NCBI GenBank assembly: GCA_938091905.1
Contig: CALKOM010000017.1
Coordinates: 1 to 42,996, forward strand
From: an uncultured Verrucomicrobiales bacterium
Lineage (GTDB): Bacteria; Verrucomicrobiota; Verrucomicrobiia; Verrucomicrobiales; DEV007
Direction of reading: 5' to 3'
Length of the DNA stretch: 42,996 nucleotides
Each line of letters opens with the position of its first letter. The first letter of the stretch is position 1. This document shows, piece after piece, positions 1 through 9,913 of the stretch. The translations under genes and the position numbers were made by a program. The notes under the pieces are model-generated. The model saw only the letters and a list, made by a program, of their open reading frames with translations. It was not told the origin of the DNA and ran no database searches.

Positions 1-136
1 GAAAACGTCTTTGCTAGAATGGGGCGGTGGACAAGATTGGAACTCCGCCGCGAGCGTAAAGCTTCTCACTTCGAATCGTTTCTAAACCTCTGGGCTATAA
101 GCACTTGGGTGAAAATCTGAATTAATGGATTAGCCC
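1..136 (+). mobile_element. Right end of an IS5-family insertion sequence (transposase C-terminus 1-120 plus terminal sequence)
   Basis: Frame 1 reads ENVFARMGRWTRLELRRERKASHFESFLNLWAISTWVKI* (TGA 118-120). This resembles the IS5-family C-terminal pattern E-x-x-F-x-x-L-K-x-W/F-R-R-I-x-T-R-Y-D/E-K...W-L. It is followed by TTAATGGATTAGCC-CTAG, consistent with an IS end at a CTAG/TA target. Truncated by the window edge. Confidence 0.7.
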
Positions 137-210
137 TAGTATTCACGGCCATGTGGATTATCTGGATTACAGTGAAAGGGTGGCGTTCTTCTAAACAAAC
201 TCTGAAATGA
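136..210 (+). pseudogene. 3' fragment of a membrane-protein gene, probably interrupted by the IS
   Basis: From the CTAG it reads LVFTAMWIIWITVKGWRSSKQTLK*: a hydrophobic segment, then a basic tail, stopping 6 nt before the convergent ligase stop. Confidence 0.4.
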
Positions 211-216
211 GAAAGA

Positions 217-2901
217 TCACCCTTCCGCAAGTTTACGCACATTTGCTAGCGTATCAATGTCGTCGATCGTCTTGTCTTGACGGATGGCCTTGATTCTGGG
301 GAAACGGAGCGCATAGCCACTATTGTGGCGCTTGCTCGGATTGATGGAGTCGAAAGCGATCTCGAGGATGACGTTGGGCTCGACTTCGCGTTTGTTGCCA
401 GACTTGCCAAGTGTGTGCTTGGTGAAATGCTCGGTCAGGTCTTCGATCTCGACATCGGTAAGACCGCTGTAGGCTTTGCCGATTACTAACAGCTGCTCTG
501 TTTCGGTATCACGTACGGCAAAAGTGTAGTCACTGAGAACATGACTGCGTTTACCGTGCCCTTGCTCGGCATAAACGACGACGACATCGAGGGTCGCCAT
601 GGCCTTCTTCAATTTGAGCCAGGACTTACCCCGTCGACCAAGTGCATACGGGCTCTGCGGATCCTTGGCGATGAGGCCTTCGTTGTCGCGCAGGCGCGCT
701 TGCTTGAAGGCGTCTTCGATCGCGTCTGCATTGGCAGCTTTCTCGACCGGGACGATGGCAAAGTGTTCGGGAAGATCGAGTTCATCTAACAAGCGTCGGC
801 GTTCCACGAGCGGCTCCTTGAGAAGGGAATGACCATTGCACCATAGAAGGTCAAACGCCACGAAACGAACGGGTATGGCTTCGCCAAAGAAGAGATCTCC
901 ATTGAGCCGCTTCCGCCCAAGGCGCTTCTGGAGATCGAAGAAGCTTAGTTTCTTGCCTTCGGCATAGGCAATGAGTTCTCCGTCGAGCACCATATTGTCT
1001 TGAAAGGCTTGGCCTGCCTGAATGACCTCGGGAAACTCGCCCTCAAGCGAACGAAGATCTCTCGAGAAGAGCTCAGTACGCCCATCAACGCAATGGAACT
1101 GAGCACGGATGCCGTCGAGCTTGTCTTCCAACCAGACCTCGTTGCTCTCACAGCCTAACCGATCCCAAATGGCTACTGCCGTCGGCTCAGGGCTCGCCAA
1201 CATGCATTTGACCGGAGTGAACGGTTGTAGGCTGAGAGTATTGAGTGTCTTTGCATGCGCAGCGGCCGCTGTTTGACCTAGGTTTCCCAACAGCATGTGG
1301 GCCTCACGCACGGTGGCCACTGGCTGCTCAAAGGCTTGCGCGATGGCTTCTTCGAGAAGGCCTTCTTTCAGCCCGATACGAAGATCATTGGTCAGGATCT
1401 GGACGACCAGCCGTCCCTCACTGGGATGAAGTCTGCCGAGCACATCACAAATGATCTCGTTCTTTGCCACAGGTCCTTGAGCGTTCGCCAAGGAAACAAA
1501 GACATCTTCCAGTTCGGTAAGCGACACAGCCGTTGGCCTCGTAACGCCGTTGAGAACGAGAAAGGTGGTTCGCCCAGCATCCGATTGCGCCTGTGAAATG
1601 TCTCGGTAACGAGCCAGATTCATCCCTGACACTTTTAGGAGAGCTTTCCTGACCACGGCCCAACCAGTTCCTAGAGCTCGCCGTTGAGTAGGTTCAATAA
1701 AGATCTTGCCGCTGAGAAACAAGGTGGCTCGTTGCAGGTTGGCAGGACTGAGCGTGCGAAAGTAGTTCGCCAGCAACTCCGTCTTCTTGCGTTTGCCTGT
1801 CGTCTCAGCCACCGCCTGACTAACATCAGACAGCACGGCCACTTCACAGTCGACTCTCGATTCTTGGGAGTCTCGGCGGATCTCCCCAATCTCGCGATCG
1901 ACGGCAAGATCGAGATCCAATTGATTGTCTGTGAGGATCGACCAAGCTTCCGTTCCCTGTTCACGAAGGTCTCGCGCAAATTCCGCCGCATATCCATGCA
2001 AGGTATAGACAAGCTTGGGCTGCACTCGCGCCACATACTCCATCAGGCCTGGGTAATCGGCATGGTCCGAGAGTGGAAACACCGCGTCGACCTGATAACG
2101 ATAGATAGCGCTGGACTGCAATGCCCAACCGCTAAGCATGGCCGTCCGGGTGTTCCTCAAACGCCGAACCGCTTGTGATCGCCCAACCGAAGGCGGCATG
2201 ATGAGAACATGACCACCTGGTGCTTTAAAATCCAGTTTCGTGTATTCTGGAAAGGTCTCTTGGAACTGCTCGTAAACGGTAGTCATGTCGTAGACCGTCT
2301 TGTGCAGCATGACTGGGAGCCGGGCATCTGTCAGAGCCGCCAGAATTTCTTGCGCTTTACCTAGCGAATAGCCAAAGAGGATGGGAATTTCATTCTCTTC
2401 CAAAGTTTCGCGGCAGAATTTCACGATGCTGGCCACAATCTCTTCTGTCGGTGGGAAGCGAAAGTGCGGCAGACCAAAGGTCGTCTCCATGATCAACGTA
2501 TCTGCCTTCTCAGCTTCGATTAGTTCTGCCGAGTAACTCTGCCGCACCTTAAAATCGCCCGTGTAAAGGAGGGTAGCTCCATCGGAGATACGCGTGAGAT
2601 ATATTTGTGCCGAGCCAAAGATATGCCCGGCCGGCAATAAGTAAAGATGATAGTCTTCATTGAAACCGTAGCGCTCGCCATATGCTAGCGGAATCACCTT
2701 AGACTTGGGCGCGCCGTAGCGCTTCCGAATGAGGGCATGCGTTCGCTCAGAACAGATGATCGTCTCATGCTTGGCAAAGTGATCGGCATGCGCGTGGGAC
2801 ACGAACGCGGTCGATTTGGCTCGATGAGGGTCGAGCCACAAGTCCATGCCTGGCAGGTGAAGACCACCAGCATAACGGACTTGGATAGGATCAGGAGGCA
2901 T
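217..2901 (-). CDS. Fusion of an MBL/beta-CASP-type ligase-associated exonuclease and an ATP-dependent DNA ligase (~894 aa)
   Basis: N-terminal half: SHAHADH, AGHIFGSA, YTGDF, METTFG, GYSLGKAQ, LSDHAD. C-terminal half: EDKLDGIR (adenylation Lys), LDGEL, EGLIAK, WLKLK, ALRFPR. ATG at 2901 preferred over the TTG at 2946. Confidence 0.93.
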   Translation of the reverse strand: MPPDPIQVRYAGGLHLPGMDLWLDPHRAKSTAFVSHAHADHFAKHETIICSERTHALIRKRYGAPKSKVIPLAYGERYGFNEDYHLYLLPAGHIFGSAQIYLTRISDGATLLYTGDFKVRQSYSAELIEAEKADTLIMETTFGLPHFRFPPTEEIVASIVKFCRETLEENEIPILFGYSLGKAQEILAALTDARLPVMLHKTVYDMTTVYEQFQETFPEYTKLDFKAPGGHVLIMPPSVGRSQAVRRLRNTRTAMLSGWALQSSAIYRYQVDAVFPLSDHADYPGLMEYVARVQPKLVYTLHGYAAEFARDLREQGTEAWSILTDNQLDLDLAVDREIGEIRRDSQESRVDCEVAVLSDVSQAVAETTGKRKKTELLANYFRTLSPANLQRATLFLSGKIFIEPTQRRALGTGWAVVRKALLKVSGMNLARYRDISQAQSDAGRTTFLVLNGVTRPTAVSLTELEDVFVSLANAQGPVAKNEIICDVLGRLHPSEGRLVVQILTNDLRIGLKEGLLEEAIAQAFEQPVATVREAHMLLGNLGQTAAAAHAKTLNTLSLQPFTPVKCMLASPEPTAVAIWDRLGCESNEVWLEDKLDGIRAQFHCVDGRTELFSRDLRSLEGEFPEVIQAGQAFQDNMVLDGELIAYAEGKKLSFFDLQKRLGRKRLNGDLFFGEAIPVRFVAFDLLWCNGHSLLKEPLVERRRLLDELDLPEHFAIVPVEKAANADAIEDAFKQARLRDNEGLIAKDPQSPYALGRRGKSWLKLKKAMATLDVVVVYAEQGHGKRSHVLSDYTFAVRDTETEQLLVIGKAYSGLTDVEIEDLTEHFTKHTLGKSGNKREVEPNVILEIAFDSINPSKRHNSGYALRFPRIKAIRQDKTIDDIDTLANVRKLAEG

Positions 2902-3009
2902 CGCGTCAGAAGAAATTACGCTTATCGTATGCCCTTGGAAAGGCAAAGAGCCCGCGCGAGTAGAAGCGCGGTGGGCTCTTGATAAACGCTACTTTCAAGA
3001 CAAGTGCAT

Positions 3010-3540
3010 TTACTGGCTGCCCTTGTCTTGAAGCGATTCACGAGCAGACTCGAGTGCTTCGCCAGCTTTCTTCTTGGTCGCGTCGAGAGCACCCTTGGCA
3101 CTTTCTTTCGCGGCCTTGAGCTTCTCAGCACCTACCTCTTTCACAGCAGCAGTCTTATCAGCGACAGCAGCACCAACATCCTTCGCTTTATCAGCAATTG
3201 CCGCGCCTGCGTCCTTGGCCTTATCGGCTACTATAGCGCCCGTTTCTGCTACCGCCTCTTTCGCAGTCGCAGCAACGTCTTTCGCTTTGTTGGCAACAAC
3301 AGAACCTGCTTCACTCAACACATCTTTAGGGTTAGCAGCCTTAGCAGCCTTATCAGCCGCTGCGTCTTTGAGATTGCCGGCACCTTCTGTAATGGATTCA
3401 CCTGCTTTGTCAGCGGCATCGATGCCGTTTTTGGCTACGTCAGCAGTCGTGTCTACAGCGTCTTTGGCTTTGTCACAGCTAACCAGAGAGAACGCTGCTG
3501 AGATGAGCCCGAAGATGAGAAATGTAGATAGATGGTTCAT
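3010..3540 (-). CDS. Ala/Lys/Asp-rich lipoprotein with LEA-like 11-residue repeats
   Basis: Signal peptide with lipobox FSLVSC; repeats such as KAKDAGAAIAD / KAKDVGAAVAD. Confidence 0.8.
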   Translation of the reverse strand: MNHLSTFLIFGLISAAFSLVSCDKAKDAVDTTADVAKNGIDAADKAGESITEGAGNLKDAAADKAAKAANPKDVLSEAGSVVANKAKDVAATAKEAVAETGAIVADKAKDAGAAIADKAKDVGAAVADKTAAVKEVGAEKLKAAKESAKGALDATKKKAGEALESARESLQDKGSQ

Positions 3541-3730
3541 AGGATGTGTTGATGGGTATTACGATTTCGTGAATACCCACTCTCGTCGCCTGCTCTTTCT
3601 TCGGCCACTACAAACGGTCCACTACATTGCAGTGACAAAGCCGAGGCGACATGTCTCGTGCGCTTTCAAGACGTCAAAACCCGGCTTCTCGCCATCTCGA
3701 AGCCCCATCCCACGCTGAAACGCTGAACCT

Positions 3731-5131
3731 CTATTCGTCGAACTGGCTAACCAATGCTGACACCGTCGCCTTGGCATCCCCGTAGAGCATTCGCGTGTTC
3801 TCTCTGAAAAAGAGCGTGTTTACGAGACCAGAGAAACCAGCGCCCTGACCCCGCTTGAGCGCGAACACCGTCTTGGCTTCGAACACGTTGATAATCGGCA
3901 TGCCGTAGATTGGACTGCTCTCATCTTCACTCGCCGCTGGATTCACCACGTCATTCGCGCCGATCACAATAGCAACATCGACGGTCGGCATGATGGGATT
4001 CACCGCATCCATCTCGCAGAGCTGCTCATAAGGTACATCGGCTTCTGCTAGAAGCACGTTCATGTGTCCAGGCATGCGACCAGCCACCGGGTGAATGGCA
4101 TAACGCACTTCACATCCGTTGTCTTCGAGAATAGAACCTAACTCTTTTACCGCATGCTGAGCTTGAGCCACCGCCATGCCATAACCAGGAACGACCACCA
4201 CGCTAGTCGCTGCTTCGAGCACATAGTAGGCATCCTCGATCGTAATCGCTTTCATTTCACCTTCCACGGCAGTTCCGCTCGAGGAAGCACCACCAAAGCC
4301 AGCGAAGAAGACATTGCCCAAGGTGCGATTCATCGCCTTACACATAATCACGGTAAGGATCAGGCCACTGGCGCCAACAAGACAGCCAGCCACAATGAGG
4401 ACGTTATTCAGAATCACGAATCCAGCCGCCGCTGCGGCCAGCCCTGAACAACTATTCAAGAACGAGATCACGACCGGCATGTCGCCTCCGCCAATAGGGA
4501 TAACGCCAAGAATACCTAACAAGAGCGCGATGCCCATCACCGTGTAGAAAGCGATGGTGGCAGACCCACTCGCGTAGTTTACTGCCAAGAAGACGCCGAC
4601 ACCCAACAACGCTAAAAACAGGCTGGCATTGATCGCATTCTGGCCGGGGAAATTCGTGGGAGAACCACCCATCTTTCCCGAGAGCTTGAGATAAGCTACA
4701 ATGCTGCCAGTAAACGTGATACCACCGATAAGAATGGCGAGCACGATGACGAATACGGTAAACGAGGGATTCTCATAGGATGTCGCCACCCACTCAAGCG
4801 TCGATCCCCGAGCGTATTCGGCCCAGCCCACCAGAAGACTAGCAAGACCGCCGAAGCCATTGAACAGCGCCACCAATTCAGGCATACCCGTCATTTGAAC
4901 CTTCTTGGCCCAGATGAAGCCGATGCTAGCTCCTAACGCGAGCCCCCCTACGATAAGACTGTAGCTTGTAATGATCTCGCGATTCAGCAGCGTAACGACG
5001 ACCGCCAAGAGCATTCCAAGTGAAGAAAGAAAATTGCCCCGACGCGCAGTCGATGCGTTGCCAAGCATCTTGATCCCAAAGATGAAGAGGATCGACGCCG
5101 CAATGTAAGCTAGGTTGATGAATTCCTGCAT
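3731..5131 (-). CDS. pntB: NAD(P) transhydrogenase subunit beta
   Basis: MPELVALFNGFGG, IGGGDMPVVIS, PGYGMAVAQAQH, IHPVAGRMPGHMNVLLAEA, GANDVVNPAA. Confidence 0.98.
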   Translation of the reverse strand: MQEFINLAYIAASILFIFGIKMLGNASTARRGNFLSSLGMLLAVVVTLLNREIITSYSLIVGGLALGASIGFIWAKKVQMTGMPELVALFNGFGGLASLLVGWAEYARGSTLEWVATSYENPSFTVFVIVLAILIGGITFTGSIVAYLKLSGKMGGSPTNFPGQNAINASLFLALLGVGVFLAVNYASGSATIAFYTVMGIALLLGILGVIPIGGGDMPVVISFLNSCSGLAAAAAGFVILNNVLIVAGCLVGASGLILTVIMCKAMNRTLGNVFFAGFGGASSSGTAVEGEMKAITIEDAYYVLEAATSVVVVPGYGMAVAQAQHAVKELGSILEDNGCEVRYAIHPVAGRMPGHMNVLLAEADVPYEQLCEMDAVNPIMPTVDVAIVIGANDVVNPAASEDESSPIYGMPIINVFEAKTVFALKRGQGAGFSGLVNTLFFRENTRMLYGDAKATVSALVSQFDE

Positions 5132-5145
5132 GGTCAGCGAAAGCG

Positions 5146-5451
5146 TTACTTGTTAGGCTGGTTGTCTTCCTTCTTCTTTTTGAACATGCCGAGCATACGA
5201 TCTGTGACCATGTAGCCACCGACCACATTGATGGAAGCAAGCACCAACGCACCGAAGCCAAGCCATTGGGCAAACGGGCCGCTCTCTATGGAGCCGGAGG
5301 CAAGCAAGGCGCCGACAATGGTAATGCCAGAAATGGCGTTCGATCCCGACATGAGCGGAGTGTGTAACTGTGAGGGCACTTTCGCGATGAGCTCGAACCC
5401 AAGAAAGGCCGCGAGGACGAAGATGAAGAGAAGGAGAATGAGTGCTTCCAT
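5146..5451 (-). CDS. pntAB: NAD(P) transhydrogenase subunit alpha part 2 (membrane part)
   Basis: VPSQLHTPLMSGSNAISG, NVVGGYMVTDRMLGMF. Confidence 0.96.
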   Translation of the reverse strand: MEALILLLFIFVLAAFLGFELIAKVPSQLHTPLMSGSNAISGITIVGALLASGSIESGPFAQWLGFGALVLASINVVGGYMVTDRMLGMFKKKKEDNQPNK

Positions 5452-5489
5452 GACTGACTGACTAACTAGCTAACAAATAGGTAAACAGA

Positions 5490-6626
5490 CTAGCTGTTCT
5501 TAAAACGTTCATGCACGATGCTGCCACCGTGGGTGATAACAGATCCCTTAAGAATCTCGTCTTCCAAATCGACTGGCGGCAGCGCTTTGGCTTCTTCATC
5601 CCAGAAGTGCTCGACGAAGCTGGTCAAATTCGCTGAGAACATTTGGCTCGCGTGTTGCGGCACCCGACATTCGAGACGGCCAATACCAATGATGCGGACG
5701 CCATTGTCGGTGATGACTTCTTCATCCAGCACTGTACCATCTACATTCCCGCCACCTTCTGCAGCAAGGTCCACGATGACGCTGCCAGGACTCATGCCGG
5801 CGACCATTTCTTTCGTGATGATGACAGGCGCCTTGCGACCAAAGAGCTTTGCCGTCGTGATCACAATGTCCGACCTGGAACAGACTTTCGCCATGCCTTG
5901 ACGTTGTTTCTCAATCTGCTCGGGTGTCAGTTCCTTAGCGTAGCCTTGTGCAGTCTGGCCGGTTTCACCGATGTCGATCTTCACGAACTTAGCCCCGAGA
6001 GACTTCACCTCGGTCTCGACGATAGGACGTGTGTCGAAGGCTTCCACCCGCGCGCCAAGGCGTTTCCCTGCTGTGGCGATGGCCTGAAGACCGGCCACGC
6101 CGACCCCCACAATAAAAACACGGGCCGGAGAAAGTGTCCCGGCAGGAGTCATCATCATCGGAAAGATCTTTGGCAGACGATCGGCAGCCAGAACGACCGC
6201 TTGATAGCCAGCGAGGCTAGCCTGCGAACTCAACGCGTCCATCTTTTGGGCCAGGGTGCTACGAGGCATCATTTCCAGGCTCACCGCAGTGATACCCTTG
6301 GCCGCAAAGCGCTCGATCAGGGGCCGCTCATTAAACGGATCGAGGAAGCTGAGATGGATCGTGCCTTTTTTGAGGGCATCAACTTCAGGCACCGGCGGTT
6401 TTCCCACCCGGAAGACGACATCAGCCTCTGCTAGACCAGCCATGCGATCGTTCTCAATGGTCGCCCCGACATCAGTGTAGACCTTGTCCGGCCATGAAGC
6501 CTTCTCACCAAGACCGGATTCCACGACGACCTGGGCGCCGAGTTTGACCAGACGGCCCACCATTTCAGGAACCAAGGCCGCACGGGTTTCCTGAGGATCT
6601 GTTTCCTGAGGCGCGAAGATTTGCAT
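5490..6626 (-). CDS. pntAA: NAD(P) transhydrogenase subunit alpha part 1 (NAD-binding dI)
   Basis: ETRAALVP, AQKMDALSSQASLAGY, FPMMMTPAGT, GVGVAGLQAI, VDLAAEGGGN. Start moved to the ATG at 6626 (MQIFAP). Confidence 0.96.
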   Translation of the reverse strand: MQIFAPQETDPQETRAALVPEMVGRLVKLGAQVVVESGLGEKASWPDKVYTDVGATIENDRMAGLAEADVVFRVGKPPVPEVDALKKGTIHLSFLDPFNERPLIERFAAKGITAVSLEMMPRSTLAQKMDALSSQASLAGYQAVVLAADRLPKIFPMMMTPAGTLSPARVFIVGVGVAGLQAIATAGKRLGARVEAFDTRPIVETEVKSLGAKFVKIDIGETGQTAQGYAKELTPEQIEKQRQGMAKVCSRSDIVITTAKLFGRKAPVIITKEMVAGMSPGSVIVDLAAEGGGNVDGTVLDEEVITDNGVRIIGIGRLECRVPQHASQMFSANLTSFVEHFWDEEAKALPPVDLEDEILKGSVITHGGSIVHERFKNS

Positions 6627-7085
6627 AGAGTTCGTGACGTAAGCCGTACCCCGGGTGGTTGCGAATGGTTTTTTATAGAGGGAAGTTTCCTCAGCAACAA
6701 AGCACGCACCCTTCGAGGGACTGACAAGGATAAGAAGGCCCCTCACGTCTTCTATGGAGATTACAAACACTAAGGCAGCCCCGGTGCCAATCGACTATTC
6801 TACGGCTACCTACCTTAACTTCTCACGCTCCGTTTGAATCGCCTTTCGATTTTCGTTAGACAGAGATACTGGTCATCGAACAGCGTGCGAAAGTTAGCCG
6901 GACGCCTGGTTTTTGAGCACACGGCAATCTCAGGGTGCAGCGTAAGGATCGGCATCACTCCAGCTGCACACCATCCCTGAATTTCAGAGTCCATGGTCCC
7001 ATCATAAAACAAGAAAGAGGTGACTTTAGCTGCCTCGGGCTGCATCAAACACGCGGAAGAGTTGCCGCGACACAACTCTTTCATC

Positions 7086-7122
7086 GCTGGGTCCGTGGTC
7101 TCCACGGGCCCAGCACCTTTTT
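7086..7122 (+). terminator. Strong hairpin, possible intrinsic terminator
   Basis: 13-bp stem GCTGGGTCCGTGG/CCACGGGCCCAGC (one G-U pair), TCT loop, followed by ACCTTTTT. Confidence 0.45.
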
Positions 7123-7169
7123 AGGGAAGACGAACGTAAAATGCAGCCATTCACCACTGCAGGTCTACG

Positions 7170-8221
7170 TTATTTCAGCTGACTAATAGAGACCGTTTCC
7201 CAGTTTCTGAAATCGGAGGGCAACTGGAAAGCCAAGTTGATAGGTTTGTCCGAAGTCGCTGCGTTTGGATAGAAGTTGAAGATAATCAACTCTTGACTGT
7301 TCTTGCTAGCGTTCAGGGCGACATCAGGAAACCCCATTCGTATCGCGATCCGCCTCGAAGATGTCACCCACATCCTCAAAGAGACCGTTACCGTCGACAT
7401 CAATGCCAAAGACTTGATTGGCGTCATTGGCCAACTCGATCCAACACGGGGATGAGGCCTTGGGGCGGTAGTTCTGAAGCTGGGACTCTTGCGCTCACCT
7501 TGCGACTGCACAAACTGGGGAACCGGCGCCGCATGAAAGGCATTGCGCCGAGTCACACTCGGCGAGGGCCGCATGCACACGCACCCCGTCTTCGGTGCGT
7601 CCGCCATAGTTCCATTGAGAAACCCAATTACCCTGAGTTTTCACATTCACCATGGCTTCTCTTGCCTGACCCAACTCCGAACGCCCCGCCGCTTTCATTA
7701 CTCAAAGGCACGGCAAATGCAGGTGCAAGCCAAACGTCTCTGACAAATGCGCCGCTTGCCGGATCATCGCAATCACCTCGGGGAAACGCTGTTCATAAGC
7801 GAGGAGCCGCGCATATAGCCGTTAAAACGGGGCGCTCGCCGCGTCGAACGCCGCAATTCGCGAGCAATTTACTCAGGGCGAGCCCACACATCACCACATC
7901 GCCACGATCTTGCCGAAGCGCCATGACAACATCACCAGAATCAGCATCCACTGCCGCATCCAGGGATCTCGCAAACGCCTCTCAAGCACGTTCTCCTTGT
8001 CCAAGATCACTCAGGAGATAGCTGATACGATAGGCGGAATAGAAGATTCACCGCGTGCCCTTGGCCACTTGAATTTGCTTCAAGGCCTCCTCAAAACCGG
8101 TGAGAACTTCCTGCAATTTGTCCGCCTTCCACAATCTATCGGCTTCTTGATAGGTATCGAAATGAGCCCGCGGCAAGGTAAGAAGGTCCAATCCGATCCC
8201 GAAGACGACCATGACAAACAT
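7170..8221 (-). pseudogene. Decayed gene for an exported TPR-like protein with DxDxNG Ca-binding-type loops
   Basis: Stitched frames: MFVMVVFGIG...YQEADRLWKADKLQEVLTGFEEALKQ...R*IFYSAYRISYLLSDLGQGERA*EAFARSL / AYEQRFPEVIAMIRQAAHL...L*VMKAAGRSELGQAREAM...R*AQESQ...GIDVDGNGLFEDVGDIFEADRDTNG / FPDVALN...QLPSDFRNWETVSISQLK*. Four in-frame TGAs and at least two frameshifts. Confidence 0.6.
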
Positions 8222-8340
8222 AAGCGCCTTTTACGTCCAATGAGGAGACGGTAAACACGGACCAACTCACAACCATCAAAGACTTCTTCCCTGGCAAGCC
8301 GAGTAGATATCACATTAAATCGCTCACCAAGTGCGAGGTA

Positions 8341-9525
8341 TCACAAGGCGACCTCGACAGCTGAAGAGGCCGCGACTGCCTTCTTGCGCGCCTCGTCGAT
8401 CGACGTGCTCCGAGCAATCGCCACACCCATGCGACGACGTCCATTCACCTCGGGCTTGCCGAACAGGCGGATTTGCGTGTCCGGCTGCGCGAGGGCTTTG
8501 TCGAGATCGCCAAAGCGAACGTTTTTTGAGGTTCCTTCGACCAGTACGACACTGGAGGCGGCGGGCCCATGCTGGTGGATGTTCGGAATGGGCAACCCTA
8601 GAATGGCTCGGGCGTGTAACGCAAACTGCGAGAGGTCTTGTGACATCAGGGTGACGAGGCCCGTATCATGCGGCCGCGGAGAGACCTCGCTAAAGTAGAC
8701 CGTGTCTCCTTTGACAAAGAGCTCGACGCCAAAGAGGCCGCGACCACCTAACGCTTCGGTGATCGTACGTCCAATGTGCTGCGCCTCTGCCAGAGCAGCT
8801 TCGCTCATGGGTTGAGGCTGCCAAGATTCGCGGTAGTCGCCGTCTTCTTGGCGATGGCCGATCGGTGCACAGAAATCCGTGCCTTCGGCATGGCGAACGG
8901 TTAAGAGCGTGATTTCGTAATCGAAATCGACGAAGCCTTCGATGATAACTTTGCCTTTGCCAGCACGGCCGCCTTCCTGGGCGTAAGTCCACGCGGCTTC
9001 CACATCTTCAGTCCCACGCACCGTGCTTTGGCCTTTGCCGGACGAACTCATGATGGGCTTGATCAAGCACGGATAGCCAATGGCTTCCACAGCTTCGCGG
9101 TAGGCTTCTTCCGTTTCAGCAAAGCGATAGAGTGATGTCCTCAACCCCAAGGTCTCCGCCGCCAGCGTACGAATGCCTTCGCGATTCATCGTGAGTTGAG
9201 TCGCTCGTGCCGTTGGGATGATAGTGGTCACGCCCGCAGTTTCCAGGGCGGCTAAGACATCAGTGGCGATGGCCTCGACTTCCGGCACGACGAGTTCGGG
9301 CTTCTCCATTTCAATGACATTCCTCAACGCGTCTCCATCTAACATCGAGACCACATGCGAGCGATGCGCCACCTGCATGGCGGGGGCATTCTCGTAGGCG
9401 TCAACGGCGATGACTTCGGCGCCCAGACGCTGAAGTTCGATAACGACTTCTTTGCCTAGTTCTCCCGAGCCACAGAGAAGAACTTTTGTTGCCGATTCAG
9501 TGAGAGGAGTTCCAAGGGATGCCAT
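8341..9525 (-). CDS. purT: Formate-dependent phosphoribosylglycinamide formyltransferase
   Basis: [51 protein letters not shown]. Confidence 0.98.
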   Translation of the reverse strand: MASLGTPLTESATKVLLCGSGELGKEVVIELQRLGAEVIAVDAYENAPAMQVAHRSHVVSMLDGDALRNVIEMEKPELVVPEVEAIATDVLAALETAGVTTIIPTARATQLTMNREGIRTLAAETLGLRTSLYRFAETEEAYREAVEAIGYPCLIKPIMSSSGKGQSTVRGTEDVEAAWTYAQEGGRAGKGKVIIEGFVDFDYEITLLTVRHAEGTDFCAPIGHRQEDGDYRESWQPQPMSEAALAEAQHIGRTITEALGGRGLFGVELFVKGDTVYFSEVSPRPHDTGLVTLMSQDLSQFALHARAILGLPIPNIHQHGPAASSVVLVEGTSKNVRFGDLDKALAQPDTQIRLFGKPEVNGRRRMGVAIARSTSIDEARKKAVAASSAVEVAL

Positions 9526-9608
9526 GCTGCGAGAGACGGGGTGCGTCGGCTAGTTTTGGCTCACGAGCTGCGACCGTAAAGAGAATTGGCACCCAGAAAG
9601 AGAAGAAG

Positions 9609-9690
9609 TGCTCGAGGGGGGACTCGAACCCCCATGGATTGCTCCATACGCCCCTCAAGCGCACGCGTCTACCAATTTCGCCACCCGAGC
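9609..9690 (-). tRNA. tRNA-Leu (GAG), CCA not encoded
   Basis: GCTCGGG/CTCGAGC acceptor stem, D arm GGCGAAATTGGTAGACGC, anticodon loop TTGAGGG, long variable arm, GGTTCGAGTCC T loop, discriminator A. Confidence 0.97.
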
Positions 9691-9913
9691 AGGTGTTTCA
9701 AACCGAGCGATCCATTAATCATATCCCAGGTGGCTCGCAAGTATCTTTTAAGAAATCTCGCGATATCGACGGCTAGTTTTTTCTTATTTCAATGAAAGAA
9801 ACTCAGCAGCACCGATTGTCAATGTTTGGAAATAATATAAACCACTGATAAATCAGACTCTGAAAGCACCGGAAACTTGAAGCGAATTATAATTACCTTA
9901 ATGTCGGGCTGCT

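Noticed and set aside
3004..3718. Plus-strand ORFs of 165 and 214 aa
   Set aside because: Antisense shadows of the low-complexity lipoprotein gene.
6061..6081. Apparent extra Gly in PntAA (AIATAGKRLG versus the usual AIATAKRLG)
   Set aside because: A single in-frame codon; cannot distinguish a natural variant from an error, and of little consequence.
6815..7105. 96-aa minus-strand ORF
   Set aside because: No recognisable motif and it starts inside a hairpin; not supportable as a gene.
7293..8021. 242-aa plus-strand ORF
   Set aside because: Arg/Pro/Ser-rich with no motifs; the opposite strand carries the more protein-like pseudogene.
7495..8050. Multiple TGAs read as selenocysteine or as genome-wide recoding
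   Set aside because: They come with frameshifts and lack a SECIS-like hairpin, and TGA terminates normal genes here (purT, glf, the ligase).
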